64,000 nt of DNA from the NCBI GenBank assembly GCA_963805445.1, contig CAWDUI010000012.1, forward strand, positions 391,454-455,453. The letters run 5' to 3'. The notes beneath the pieces are model-generated. The model was not told the origin of the DNA. It ran no database searches and saw nothing but the letters and a program-made list of their open reading frames with translations. The translations under genes and the position numbers were made by a program. Position 1 is the first letter of the stretch. Each line of letters begins with the position of its first letter. Below, in pieces: positions 1-9,069 of this stretch. The stretch comes from Ilumatobacteraceae bacterium (lineage in GTDB: Bacteria; Actinomycetota; Acidimicrobiia; Acidimicrobiales; Ilumatobacteraceae).

Positions 1-1
1 C

Positions 2-268
2 GCGGGCGAGGCGACAGCCGTCGCTCTCGATGTCGACGGTGACTGCGCCGCACGAATCGTCGAGCAGGTGTCGTCGGTTCCCACCCCCGTGTGGGGTCGC
101 GACGAACTGGGCGCCGGAGACATGTGGAACTCGAACTCCGTCGTGTCGTGGGTCTTGCGTCGCGGCGGCGTCGACGTTGCGCGCATCGAGCTACCCGCTG
201 GTGCACGGGCGCCTGGCTGGAACGCCGGCCTCGTCGTGGCCGAGCGTGAACTGCATCAACTCGTCTGA
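2..268 (+). CDS. hypothetical protein, C-terminal part (gene begins upstream of window)
   Basis: The frame is open from the window edge (AGEATAVALDVDGDCAARIVEQV...) to TGA 266-268. The tail is protein-like (...GAGDMWNSNSVVSWVLRRGGVDV...). Family not recognised. Confidence 0.45.
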   Translation, partial: AGEATAVALDVDGDCAARIVEQVSSVPTPVWGRDELGAGDMWNSNSVVSWVLRRGGVDVARIELPAGARAPGWNAGLVVAERELHQLV

Positions 269-287
269 GCGTCGCCTCGGGCGACGA

Positions 288-699
288 TCATCGTTCGGCC
301 TTGGCGCAGACCTCGAGCTCCATGCCGTCGGGATCGCGGAAGAACAACGACCATTCGTTGCCCAGCCGCTGGATCTCGCCGATCTCGGCGCCGGCGTCGA
401 CCAGCCGTTGCTTGACTCGCTCCAGCACGGCCTTCGATTCGACCGCCAGGCGCGTAGTGATCGATTGCACCACGATGGCCCTTGCTTCGCCGCTCGCCGA
501 CGATGTCGCCGGCCGCGACCTCGAACACGTTCAGCGCCGCACCGCCGCCGAGGTCGAGAATCGACATGCGCGGGTGATCCCCCTTGGCGTCCATCTCGAA
601 CACGACCTCCGCCTCGAACGCGTCACGGTAGAACTTCACCGTTCGCGCCATGTCTGACGTCAACGTCGCCACGTGATTGAACCCTGCGGTCACCGGCAC
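288..699 (-). pseudogene. VOC/glyoxalase-family protein, reading frame interrupted (pseudogene or assembly indel)
   Basis: The N-half MPVTAGFNHVATLTSDMARTVKFYRDAFEAEVVFEMD...GAIDHYA is in the 256..699 frame. The C-half LAVESKAVLERVKQRLVDAGAEIGEIQRLGNEWSLFFRDPDGMELEV is in the 288..473 frame. Joining them needs a 1-nt indel near 448-452. Confidence 0.6.
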
Positions 700-1449
700 G
701 ATGCCTCCCTCGACGAACGATCAGCCACCAACAATAGGCGCCGACCGGCTCGATGCGTGCCCGTCAGATCGCCGGCGCCACCTGGTGGACCGAACCGTCG
801 TCGAGCGATCAGCAATTCACGTTGCCATGAGCCAGGTGCTTGTTGGTGCAACCGCCAGTACAAGTCGGCGATGTGGTCGGGATCGAACGCGGTCCCCGGC
901 GCAACTGCTCCACCGACCGTCACGGTCGCGACGTGCAGCCCGACGGCTGCGTACTTCGCGTCCAGCATCTCCGTCAAAGCGCGCACGCCGGCCTTGCCGA
1001 GCGACAGGCTCACGGCGTGGGCGTCCGGCGTCGGCATGCCACCCGTCATGATGAACGTCCCGCTCCCCAACTCGGCCATCGCCGGCAGCAGCACGTGCCG
1101 CTGTCGTGATCGCGCCGACGACGTTGACCGCCCACGCCTGCTGGTGCTCCGCCACGGACAACTCGCCGAGCGAGTCGGACTGGATGATCGCCGCGTTGTA
1201 GACGACCACCTCAGGCACGCCAAGGCGCGAGACGAGGTCATCGAGTGCTGCTCCAAGGGCTACGTCGTCGCCGGCATCAGCGGTGACTCCGTGGGTGCGG
1301 ACGTTCAGCCCGTTCAACGATGCCAACGCAGCGCCGACGCTGCGACTCGACCGGGCAATGGCCCCAACATCGAAACCCTCCTCGGCGAAGCGGCGGGCAA
1401 CGGACGTCCCGATACCGGGGCCGACACCGATCACGATCAATGTGGGCAT
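690..1449 (-). pseudogene. short-chain dehydrogenase/reductase (SDR), reading frame interrupted
   Basis: The glycine-rich start MPTLIVIGVGPGIGTSVARRFAEEGF...AVNVVGAITTA is in the 817..1449 frame. It continues as HVLLPAMAELGSGTFIMTGG...SLSLGKAGVRALTEML in the 690..1256 frame. The frame change is near 1100-1106. Confidence 0.6.
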
Positions 1450-1762
1450 GGCTGGCTCCCTTCGAGCAACTCATCGTGTCGATCAGGGGGATGGACATGG
1501 CTCCTACCGTACGGTTCGTCGCCGGTCGGCGCTGCTCAGCGGATAGGTCGCACGGCTCATTCGCCTTCTCGGGCCGGTTGGCGATTGATGCCGGTGGTGG
1601 CTGTGGGTCACGGTCGGTGGTCACCGTGCTCGGGTGATCATCCAAACGGGCGTTGATCGCGGCCGATCCGGATGCCCCCACCTCGGTCGGCTTGACCTCG
1701 CCTTGCAGGAAGGCTGACGGTTCGCCTCCTGTACACCCGAGCCCTCGACGTCTATATCTGTC

Positions 1763-1802
1763 GGTGTGCTGCGGACGGTGGACGGCGGATCCGCAGCACA
1801 CC
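1763..1802 (+). promoter_or_regulatory. perfect 13-bp inverted repeat (GGTGTGCTGCGGA-14 nt-TCCGCAGCACACC) in the 5' region of the tandem small-peptide genes
   Basis: Read directly from the sequence. The arms are 1763-1775 and 1790-1802, 28 nt upstream of ATG 1830 and just after an AT-richer TCTATATCTG stretch. It is either an operator or a 5'-UTR hairpin. Confidence 0.5.
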
Positions 1803-1829
1803 GATCGACCGCCGATCAGGGAGGCGCAC

Positions 1830-1919
1830 ATGCGTCAAGCAAGACTCACAATGCTCCGGCTGGCGCCGGTCGTGATGCTGATCACGAGCGTCGCCGCGCC
1901 GCGGAAGTGGTACATATGA
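1830..1919 (+). CDS. small hydrophobic peptide (29 aa), paralogue 1
   Basis: A GGGAGG Shine-Dalgarno sits 5-6 nt before ATG 1830. The product is MRQARLTMLRLAPVVMLITSVAAPRKWYI. Its stop overlaps the next ATG (ATATGA). Confidence 0.5.
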   Translation: MRQARLTMLRLAPVVMLITSVAAPRKWYI

Positions 1920-2014
1920 GGGCCATCTCACACACTTCGGTGCGCGTCGCCGCGACGATCTCCACGGTGTTCGCCTTGATCGCAACGGTCGGCGCACCCT
2001 TCAAATGGAGCTGA
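1916..2014 (+). CDS. small hydrophobic peptide (32 aa), paralogue 2
   Basis: ATG 1916 overlaps the stop of peptide 1. The product is MRAISHTSVRVAATISTVFALIATVGAPFKWS, with the same architecture (basic N-terminus, one hydrophobic helix, AP-x-KW tail). Confidence 0.5.
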   Translation: MRAISHTSVRVAATISTVFALIATVGAPFKWS

Positions 2015-2050
2015 ACCGAACCGAACTGAATTGAACTGAACTCAACTGAG
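2012..2050 (+). repeat. pentanucleotide microsatellite (YGAAC)x7
   Basis: The sequence is TGAAC CGAAC CGAAC TGAAT TGAAC TGAAC TCAAC TGAG, starting at the stop codon of peptide 2. It is AT-richer than its surroundings. Confidence 0.8.
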
Positions 2051-2083
2051 CGGCGCAGGCACCGGGACGGGTGCCTGCGCCGC
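2050..2083. terminator. GC-rich hairpin between convergent genes (likely bidirectional terminator)
   Basis: A 14-bp perfect stem GCGGCGCAGGCACC / GGTGCCTGCGCCGC with a 6-nt loop. It lies between the peptide-2 stop (2014) and the SDR stop (2097). Confidence 0.6.
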
Positions 2084-2096
2084 TTCGCGGTTCCCG

Positions 2097-2865
2097 TCAG
2101 CCCATCGCACCGGAGCGCACGCCGGCGCCGCCGTCGATCACATACGTCTCGCCGGTGATCCATGAGGCAAGATCGGATGCCAGGAAGGTGGCCAGATTGG
2201 CGATGTCTTGCGGCTCGCCCAGGCGCTTCAACGGCATCGATGCAGCGAGGCTGTCGCCGAAGTTGGTCACCAGCACGGAAGCAAAGTCGGTCTTGACCAA
2301 CCCGGGGGCGATGCCGACGACCCGCGTCGGGCCGAGCTCGCCGCCGAGCTGGCGGGTGAGGTGGATCAGCGCCGCTTTGGAGAGGTTGTAGACGCCGAGG
2401 GCACCTTCGGCTCGCAGCCCGCCCACCGAGGCGATGTTGATGATCACACCGGGCTTGTCGCGCATGGCCATCTCCCAGGCCGCCTGGCACCAGAACAACG
2501 GACCGCGGAGGTTGACCTGGAAGGTCTTGTCGAATCGGCCCTCATCGACGCCAAGCGTCGGCCCGTAGTACGGGTTGGTCGCGGCGTTGTTGACGAGGAT
2601 GTCGAGTCCGCCGAAGCGTTCGATCGTCGCCGCGACACAGGCCTTGGCGGCGGCAACGTCTCCAGCGTTCGCGGCGAAGACGGCGGTCTCACCCGCGGCA
2701 CCCGATGCGGCGATCTCGCCAGCTGCGACCTCGAGCTGATCCTGCTTGCGAGAGCTGAGCATCACGTTGGCGCCGGCTGCGGCCAACGAGCCTGGCGATC
2801 GCCCGACCGATGCCCTTCGAAGCGCCCGTCACCAGCGCAACCTTGCCTTCCAACGAAATCTGCAT
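2097..2865 (-). pseudogene. SDR-family oxidoreductase, reading frame interrupted near the N-terminus
   Basis: The 229-aa ORF has NNAA and YNLSKAAL (YxxxK) motifs but lacks the cofactor loop. That loop lies out of frame upstream (ATG 2865: MQISLEGKVALVTGASKGIGRAIA). A 1-nt indel near 2790 would join them. Confidence 0.65.
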
Positions 2866-2874
2866 GCCGGGAAA

Positions 2875-4179
2875 CTAACGGGTTTCGGACTCCGAGGACG
2901 AGGCGTCAACATCGGATTCGAGGCTGACCCGAACCCGACGGATGCGGCGCCCCTCGACCGCGGTCACTGTGAATCGCCACCCGTCCTGTACCACGCACTC
3001 GCCGGCGACGGGCACATGTTCGAGCGTGCCGAAGATGAACCCGGCAACGGTCTCCCAATGCTCGTCGGGCAACCCGAGATCGAGCAGATCGTTGAGATCG
3101 GAGATGCTCATCCCGCCGTCGACGGAATAGTTGCCGTCAGGAAGTGGCTGGACCTCGGTGTCTTCTTCGTCGTGCTCGTCGACGATCTCGCCGACCAACT
3201 CTTCGAGGCAGTCCTCGAGCGTGATCAAACCGGCCAGCGCCCCGTACTCGTCGGCCACCAGAGCGAGATGGAACTTGTCGGCCTGCATCTCACGCATCAG
3301 GCGGTTGACCGGCTTGTACTCCGGGATGAACCGGGCCGGGCGCACGAACTCGGAGAGGAGAAGGTTGCCCTCACCGTTGCGCTCGGCACGCATCAGATCC
3401 TTGGTGTAGGCCAAGCCGGCCACGTCGTCGTCGTCGTCGCTCTCACTTCGCAGGACCGGTAGTCGGCTGAACCCGTGGGCAATCGCCAAGTCGAGCGCCG
3501 CGGTCACGGTCGACGAATCTTCGAGGGTGACGATGTCGGGTCGCGGCACCATGACCTCGCGTGCCACGGTGTCGCCGAACTCGATGATGCTCTCGATCAA
3601 TTCGCGCTCTTCGTACTCCACGACTCCGTCGTCGGCGGCGGTCTCGACGATCCCGAGGAGCTCCGATTCGGTCACGAACGGTCCCTGCTGCAGCCCCTTG
3701 CCCCGCACGATGACGTTGGTGAGGGAGATCAACCATCGCGAGACCAGCCGCAGAGGTGGAAAGGCGACCAACGCGGCAACGGGCCGGGCGGTGGCGAGTG
3801 CGGCTTTCTGTGGATACAGCACCGCATATGTCTTCGGTACCGCTTCGGCCAGCACGAAGAACACCAGCACGTTCAAGGCGACACCGGCGATGATCCCGTA
3901 GGTGCCCCACAGCCGATCGGACAAGATCCCCGTCAGGGTTGCCTGGACCGTCTGACAAACATTGACGGTCAAGAGCAACGGATTGACCCAGCGCTCGGGT
4001 GCGCCGACCAACTTCTTCAACGCCTTGCCCGACTTCAAACCCTGCTCTGCCAACGATGCGGCCTTCGGCTTGGTGATTCGTGACAGACCCATCTCGGCAA
4101 CCGAGGTGAAGATCAGCACGAGCAGCAGGACGAAGATCGTCACGAGCATCAACAAGTCGACGTTGTTGAATGCGATCAC
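2875..4179 (-). CDS. HlyC/CorC-family (CNNM, DUF21-CBS-CorC_HlyC) transporter
   Basis: An N-terminal TM region, a CBS pair and a CorC/HlyC C-domain (...ETVAGFIFGTLEHVPVAGE...). GTG 4179 overlaps the ybeY stop (GTGA). The phoH-ybeY-corC gene order is classic. Confidence 0.8.
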   Translation of the reverse strand: MIAFNNVDLLMLVTIFVLLLVLIFTSVAEMGLSRITKPKAASLAEQGLKSGKALKKLVGAPERWVNPLLLTVNVCQTVQATLTGILSDRLWGTYGIIAGVALNVLVFFVLAEAVPKTYAVLYPQKAALATARPVAALVAFPPLRLVSRWLISLTNVIVRGKGLQQGPFVTESELLGIVETAADDGVVEYEERELIESIIEFGDTVAREVMVPRPDIVTLEDSSTVTAALDLAIAHGFSRLPVLRSESDDDDDVAGLAYTKDLMRAERNGEGNLLLSEFVRPARFIPEYKPVNRLMREMQADKFHLALVADEYGALAGLITLEDCLEELVGEIVDEHDEEDTEVQPLPDGNYSVDGGMSISDLNDLLDLGLPDEHWETVAGFIFGTLEHVPVAGECVVQDGWRFTVTAVEGRRIRRVRVSLESDVDASSSESETR

Positions 4180-4775
4180 GAGATGACGTGCTCCTGACGA
4201 AAGGTGGTCGGCGCCGGGCCGTGCCACAGGTATTGCTCCAACAGTTCCCGTTCGCGGGCCTGCATGATCAACCGCTCGGCGTCATCCGCGTGATCGTGGC
4301 CGAGCACGTGCAACACCCCATGCACGACGAGCAGTGCCAACTCGTCGTCGACGGTGCCGGCGTGCTCGGGTGCCTGGCGCGCCGCGACGGCGGGGCAGAT
4401 CACCACATCGCCGAGCAACAGCGGCATGTCGGCGGGATCTGGCGGCGCTCGATCGGGACCGCGACTCGGCGGCTGCCCGTGCTGCACGATCTCGGCCTCG
4501 GCCGCGTCGATCGGGAACGCCAACACGTCGGTCGGCCCAGGCTTGCCCATGTAGCTGTCGTTGAGCTCGGCCATCTCCCGCTCGCTGACGAACAGGACGG
4601 CCAACTCGGCCAGGCCGCGCACACCCTCGGCGAGCAACACGTCGAAGGCGAGTTGCTGCCAACGCTCCAGGTCGACGCGAATGTCGTTCTGTTCGTCCGC
4701 GCAGAAGACCTCCGGTACACCATCGCCGCCCACTCGCTGTTGCCGCGCCAGTCGCGGTCGGCCGTCGTCGCTCAT
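4176..4775 (-). CDS. ybeY: rRNA maturation endoribonuclease YbeY
   Basis: The zinc motif HGVLHVLGHDH is present. There is an ATGA overlap with the phoH stop. Confidence 0.85.
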   Translation of the reverse strand: MSDDGRPRLARQQRVGGDGVPEVFCADEQNDIRVDLERWQQLAFDVLLAEGVRGLAELAVLFVSEREMAELNDSYMGKPGPTDVLAFPIDAAEAEIVQHGQPPSRGPDRAPPDPADMPLLLGDVVICPAVAARQAPEHAGTVDDELALLVVHGVLHVLGHDHADDAERLIMQARERELLEQYLWHGPAPTTFRQEHVIS

Positions 4776-5740
4776 GCGCCAGAGGCCTTGCGCTCGTCGG
4801 CACGACCGTAGGCGGCGACGATGTCGGCGACGATGCGATGACGCACCACATCGCCGGTGCCCAGGCGCACGAACGCCAGCCCTTCGATACCGGCCAGCGT
4901 GTGCTCCAGCCCGAGCAGACCGCTGCGACCGTCAGGGACATCGACCTGGGTGGTGTCACCGGTGACGACGACCTTCGAGCCGAACCCGATACGAGTCAAG
5001 AACATCTTCATCTGCTCAGGTGTGGCGTTCTGCGCTTCATCGAGGATGATGAAGCTGCTGTTCAAGGTCCGGCCGCGCATGAAGGCCAGCGGCGCGACCT
5101 CGACGGCCTGGCGCTCGAGCAAACGCTGCGCACCCTCGGGCTCCACCATGTCGTAGAGGGCGTCGTAGAGCGGTCGCAGGTACGGATCGATCTTCGCCAT
5201 CAGATCGCCGGGAAGGAAGCCGAGCCGCTCACCGGCCTCCACGGCGGGTCGCGTGAGGATGATTCGTTGCACCTGCTTGGTCTGCAGCGCCTGCACGGCC
5301 ATGGCGACGGCGAGCCAACTCTTGCCCGTTCCCGCCGGGCCGAGCCCAAAGGTGATCACGTTGTTGCGGATGGCGTCGATGTAGCGCTTCTGGCCCGCCG
5401 ACTTCGGGCGCACCGGCTTGCCCTTCGCCCCGCGCAAGATGTCGTCGGTCAGCACCGCGCTCGGTCGCTCGTTGTCGTGCACCATCGCGATCGAGCGGCG
5501 CAACATTCCCTCTTCGAGGTGCTGGCCACCTTGCAGCACCACGATGAGTTCTTCGAACAGCCGGCTCACCAGCTCGGCCTGGGGGCCGTCAATGGTGATC
5601 TCGTTCCCGCGAACGACGATCGTCGCCGAGGGGAACGCGTGCTCGATCGCTCGCAGATTGACGTCGCGCTGACCCAGCAGCGCGGGCATCAGATGCGCAC
5701 CCGGAACGATGACGCTGTACACCCCTGCCAGCGATGTCAT
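4772..5740 (-). CDS. phoH: PhoH-family ATPase
   Basis: Walker A GPAGTGKSWLAVAMAV is present. PhoH-like signatures run throughout (ILTRPAVEAGERLGFLPGD, IILDEAQN). Confidence 0.85.
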   Translation of the reverse strand: MTSLAGVYSVIVPGAHLMPALLGQRDVNLRAIEHAFPSATIVVRGNEITIDGPQAELVSRLFEELIVVLQGGQHLEEGMLRRSIAMVHDNERPSAVLTDDILRGAKGKPVRPKSAGQKRYIDAIRNNVITFGLGPAGTGKSWLAVAMAVQALQTKQVQRIILTRPAVEAGERLGFLPGDLMAKIDPYLRPLYDALYDMVEPEGAQRLLERQAVEVAPLAFMRGRTLNSSFIILDEAQNATPEQMKMFLTRIGFGSKVVVTGDTTQVDVPDGRSGLLGLEHTLAGIEGLAFVRLGTGDVVRHRIVADIVAAYGRADERKASGA

Positions 5741-5770
5741 GGAGTGGTCGAGGTCATGTGGTCAGCGCGG

Positions 5771-6481
5771 TCATGGGCAGGGTCGGCCCGAAATTGGACT
5801 CATTTGCCCATACGGTAGCGAACTGCAAGAAGTTTTGGCGACAGTGATGGCTATCGCCGAACAGGGATCACCGGCGGCGCGCTCGACCTTGGCGGGTTCC
5901 GGTTCCGCCTGCGGCGCCTCGACGTACGCCGACGTCGCCGCGAAGTCGATGCAGAAGTAGCGCGACACGTCGAGGGGAACCAGCGGTGCACCGCTGACGA
6001 CCATCTTGGCCAGCCGTTCCATCATCAGCGCCACGCCACCGTCGTCGCGTGGTTGATTGATCTCCGGCGAATCGAACACCAACAACACACCTTCGGCGGC
6101 CTCCGTGCCCAGCACATCGCGGGCCATCCGGGTCAACGCACCCTTGGCTGCGTAGCGCGGGTGGACGACGACGAACAAGATGTAGTGCACTGCGCCACGA
6201 CGGGAGTGGTCGGTGAAATGCCGTTCGAAGTACGGCCGGCTGAGGTAGCGGGTCGAGCCGATATCGGTCGCGATCAAGACCATGGCCACCGGTTCGTCGT
6301 CTGCCCACAGCACCCACAGCCGATTGGTCGGATCGGCGACGGCGGCGTCGAACTCGGAACGGAACAACATCTCCCGACTGGCCGATTCCTCCGCCGTCTG
6401 GCGATACGCCAGTTCGTACAAGTCCCATAGCCGTTCGAGCAGCCCGCGTTCGACGACCGTATTGTGTCGAGTCACGAACAT
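5771..6481 (-). CDS. hypothetical protein, possibly GNAT-like acyltransferase fold
   Basis: A GC3-rich ORF. The start is placed at ATG 6481 (MFVTRHNTVVERGLLERLWDLYELAYRQ...). The family call is weak. Confidence 0.45.
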   Translation of the reverse strand: MFVTRHNTVVERGLLERLWDLYELAYRQTAEESASREMLFRSEFDAAVADPTNRLWVLWADDEPVAMVLIATDIGSTRYLSRPYFERHFTDHSRRGAVHYILFVVVHPRYAAKGALTRMARDVLGTEAAEGVLLVFDSPEINQPRDDGGVALMMERLAKMVVSGAPLVPLDVSRYFCIDFAATSAYVEAPQAEPEPAKVERAAGDPCSAIAITVAKTSCSSLPYGQMSPISGRPCP

Positions 6482-6582
6482 TCGGGAATCGCCTACCTTT
6501 CCGGTGACTGCTCGCGGCGGGGAAAACCACCCCTTGTGCAAATCGGGTCTTTCAGGTAGCCTAACGAGACCCTTCGGACGGG

Positions 6583-8984
6583 GTGTGGATACACGTTGTC
6601 CGACGCGGTAGACGGGCAACGGGAGGCGTATTGAAGCGGGCGCTTGCCCCCCTTACTTGGTGGGCGATCGGATTGGGCTACACATTGGCGTTGGCCGTCA
6701 TTGTGCTGCCCGTGAGCTGGTTGGGCACCGCTGCGTACCTCATCGCCTCGCTCACACTGGTGGTTGCCACCTTCGTCGCGGCACGGGTGCATCGCGTCAA
6801 TCGCCGGTTCATCGCCGCGGTCAGCGCGATCGGCGCCTTCTTCGCCGCATCGCAGGTCGTCGACAGCCTCGGCGACAGCGGCGGCTTCACGCGCGCCTCC
6901 GATCTCCTGGCGCTGTGCGGCTCGCTGTGCATCATCCTCGCCCTCGTCAACATGCTCAGCGGACGGGCATCGGCCAACCTCCGATCGGTGCTCGGCGATG
7001 CCCTGATCGTCGGTCTCGGCAGCTGGCTGATCAGCTGGGTGGGCCTGGTCCGGCCGGCACTGAACCTTCGCGGTGGGTCAGTGGTCTCCTCGATACTCGC
7101 CGGCGCGTACCAGCCCGCCGGAACCGTGGTGCTCTTCCTGCTCGTGCTGCTGTTGTTCTCCGGCTCCGGCAGTCGCCAACCCTCGATGTGGCTGGTCACC
7201 CTGGCGATGCTGTTCAACCTCGGAGGCGACGTGCTGTGGGGCCTCAACGCGGCGGGCCATCTCGGCGACGGGGCCATCCGCATCGCCATGGCCTTGTATG
7301 TCGCCGCATACTCCAGTGCGGCGGGCGCGTTCATCCACCCAACGGTCGTGCTGCTGAAGCGGTCGACGGACGAGCCGATGAACAACCGGCTGTTCGGTCG
7401 GCTGATCCTCACGACCTCCTCACTGATCATCCCGATCATCGCCCTTGCTGCGAGCGGCCCACACGGGCGCCGCCGATACGGCCGTCCGGATGGTGTCGGC
7501 GCTGGTGCTGGCCGGCGCCGTCACGTTGCGTGTGACGCAATCGGTGCGTGCCAACGGCCGCACCCAGGCCGATCTGCGGCTCGAGCGCGCAGACCGACGC
7601 CCTGACCCATCTCCCGAACCGCACACTGCTGCTCGAGCGGATCAACGACTGCCTGCGCATGGCATGGCAGTCCGACAGCCACCCGACGCTGTACTTCGTC
7701 GACCTCGACCGGTTCAAGAACATCAACGACAGCCTCGGCCACGGCGCCGGCGACGAGGTGTTGAAGATGGTCGCCATCCGACTCAGCAAGGCTGCGCCGG
7801 AACACTCGACCGTGGCCAGGCTTTCCGGTGACGAGTACGTCGTGCTCGATCCATCCACCCGCTCCCCCGGATCGTCGTTGGCGTTGGCGGAACGGCTGCT
7901 GTCCATCTTCCGTGAGCCGCTGCCAATCAGCGCCGGTGACGTGTTCGTGACCGCCAGCATCGGTGTCGCCTCGCTGAGCCCCAGCTCGAGCTCGTCGGCC
8001 GAGGACCTGCTGCGTCACGCCGACACGGCGATGTACCGAGCCAAGGACGCGGGTCGCAACTGCCTGGCCGTCTACGACGAATCGATGCACGAGCGGGTCG
8101 CCCACCGGCTGTCGGTCGAGACGGCGTTGTATCGGGCCCTCGATCGACGCGAGCTGCGCCTGTTCCACCAGCCGATCCTCGATCTCGAGTCCGGAGATGT
8201 CGTCGGCTTCGAGGCCCTCATGCGTTGGCAGCAAGCTGACGGAACGATGGTGTCGCCCGCCGAGTTCATCCCCATCGCCGAAGACACCGGCACCATCGTG
8301 CCCATCGGGTCCTGGGCGCTGCTCGAGGCATTGACCCAGCTTCGGAACTGGATCGACGACGGTGTCTGCAGTGAGTCGGCGACGATGTCGGTCAACGTGT
8401 CGCCACGGCAGTTGAGCGATCCCAACTTCCCGGCGATCGTCAACGAGGCGCTCACTCGTTCGGGCGTCTCGCCGCAGTTGTTGTGGCTCGAGGTCACCGA
8501 GAGCGTGATGATCGCTGAGCCGGAGCTCGCCCTGGCGACGCTTCGCAGGGTTCGCTCACTCGGTGTGCGCGTCGCCCTCGACGACTTCGGCACCGGCTAC
8601 AGCTCGTTGTCGCTGTTGCAGAAGTTCCCGCTGCAGCGCATCAAGATCGACCGGGCCTTCGTGCACGGCGTCGCCGACAACCCCAACGACCGCTCGTTGG
8701 TCCGCACGATCGTGGCAATGGGCCGCTCGCTCGGGCTCGACATGGTCGCCGAGGGCGTCGAGAGCGTGCACCAGTTGCAGGTGCTCAGCGATCTCGGTTG
8801 CACCAAGGCGCAGGGCTACCTGATCAGCCACCCCGTGCCGGCCGACGCGATGCGCAGCACCGTTGCGGCGCTCGAACGCCTCGGTCAGTTCCCGGGACTC
8901 CGGCCCGTCGCCGACGAGCTACTCGACACGCCAACCCTGATCCAGCGCATCGCCACCGCTCGTTCCCTCGTGCACAAGCCGTAA
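6583..8984 (+). pseudogene. membrane-anchored GGDEF-EAL (c-di-GMP turnover) protein, two frame changes
   Basis: A multi-TM N-terminal region (6583 frame) is followed by a linker (...AAHTGAADTAVRMVSALVLAGAV...TQADLRLE, 7445 frame). The GGDEF part (DALTHLPNR...SGDEY) and the EAL part (EALMRW...DDFGTGYSS) are in the 7548 frame. The shifts are near 7447 and 7590. Confidence 0.7.
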
Positions 8985-9069
8985 CTCGACGTTCCCACTC
9001 GTGGGTAAAGTCCGAGCACGACTAGAAATTCGAGCACTGCCGAGAAGTTGATCACGGCCAGAACTGAGC

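Noticed and set aside
1277-1831. The 184-aa minus-strand ORF filling the gap between the SDR and the small-peptide genes.
   Set aside because: It has a poor Arg/Cys/Pro-rich composition, overlaps the SDR N-terminus and has no motif. The region is treated as intergenic or regulatory.
1830-2014. The K-W-containing small peptides considered as streptide-like (Lys-Trp crosslinked) RiPP precursors.
   Set aside because: No radical SAM or other maturase is adjacent; the rSAM in this window is 34 kb away in a separate operon. The motif is only two residues.
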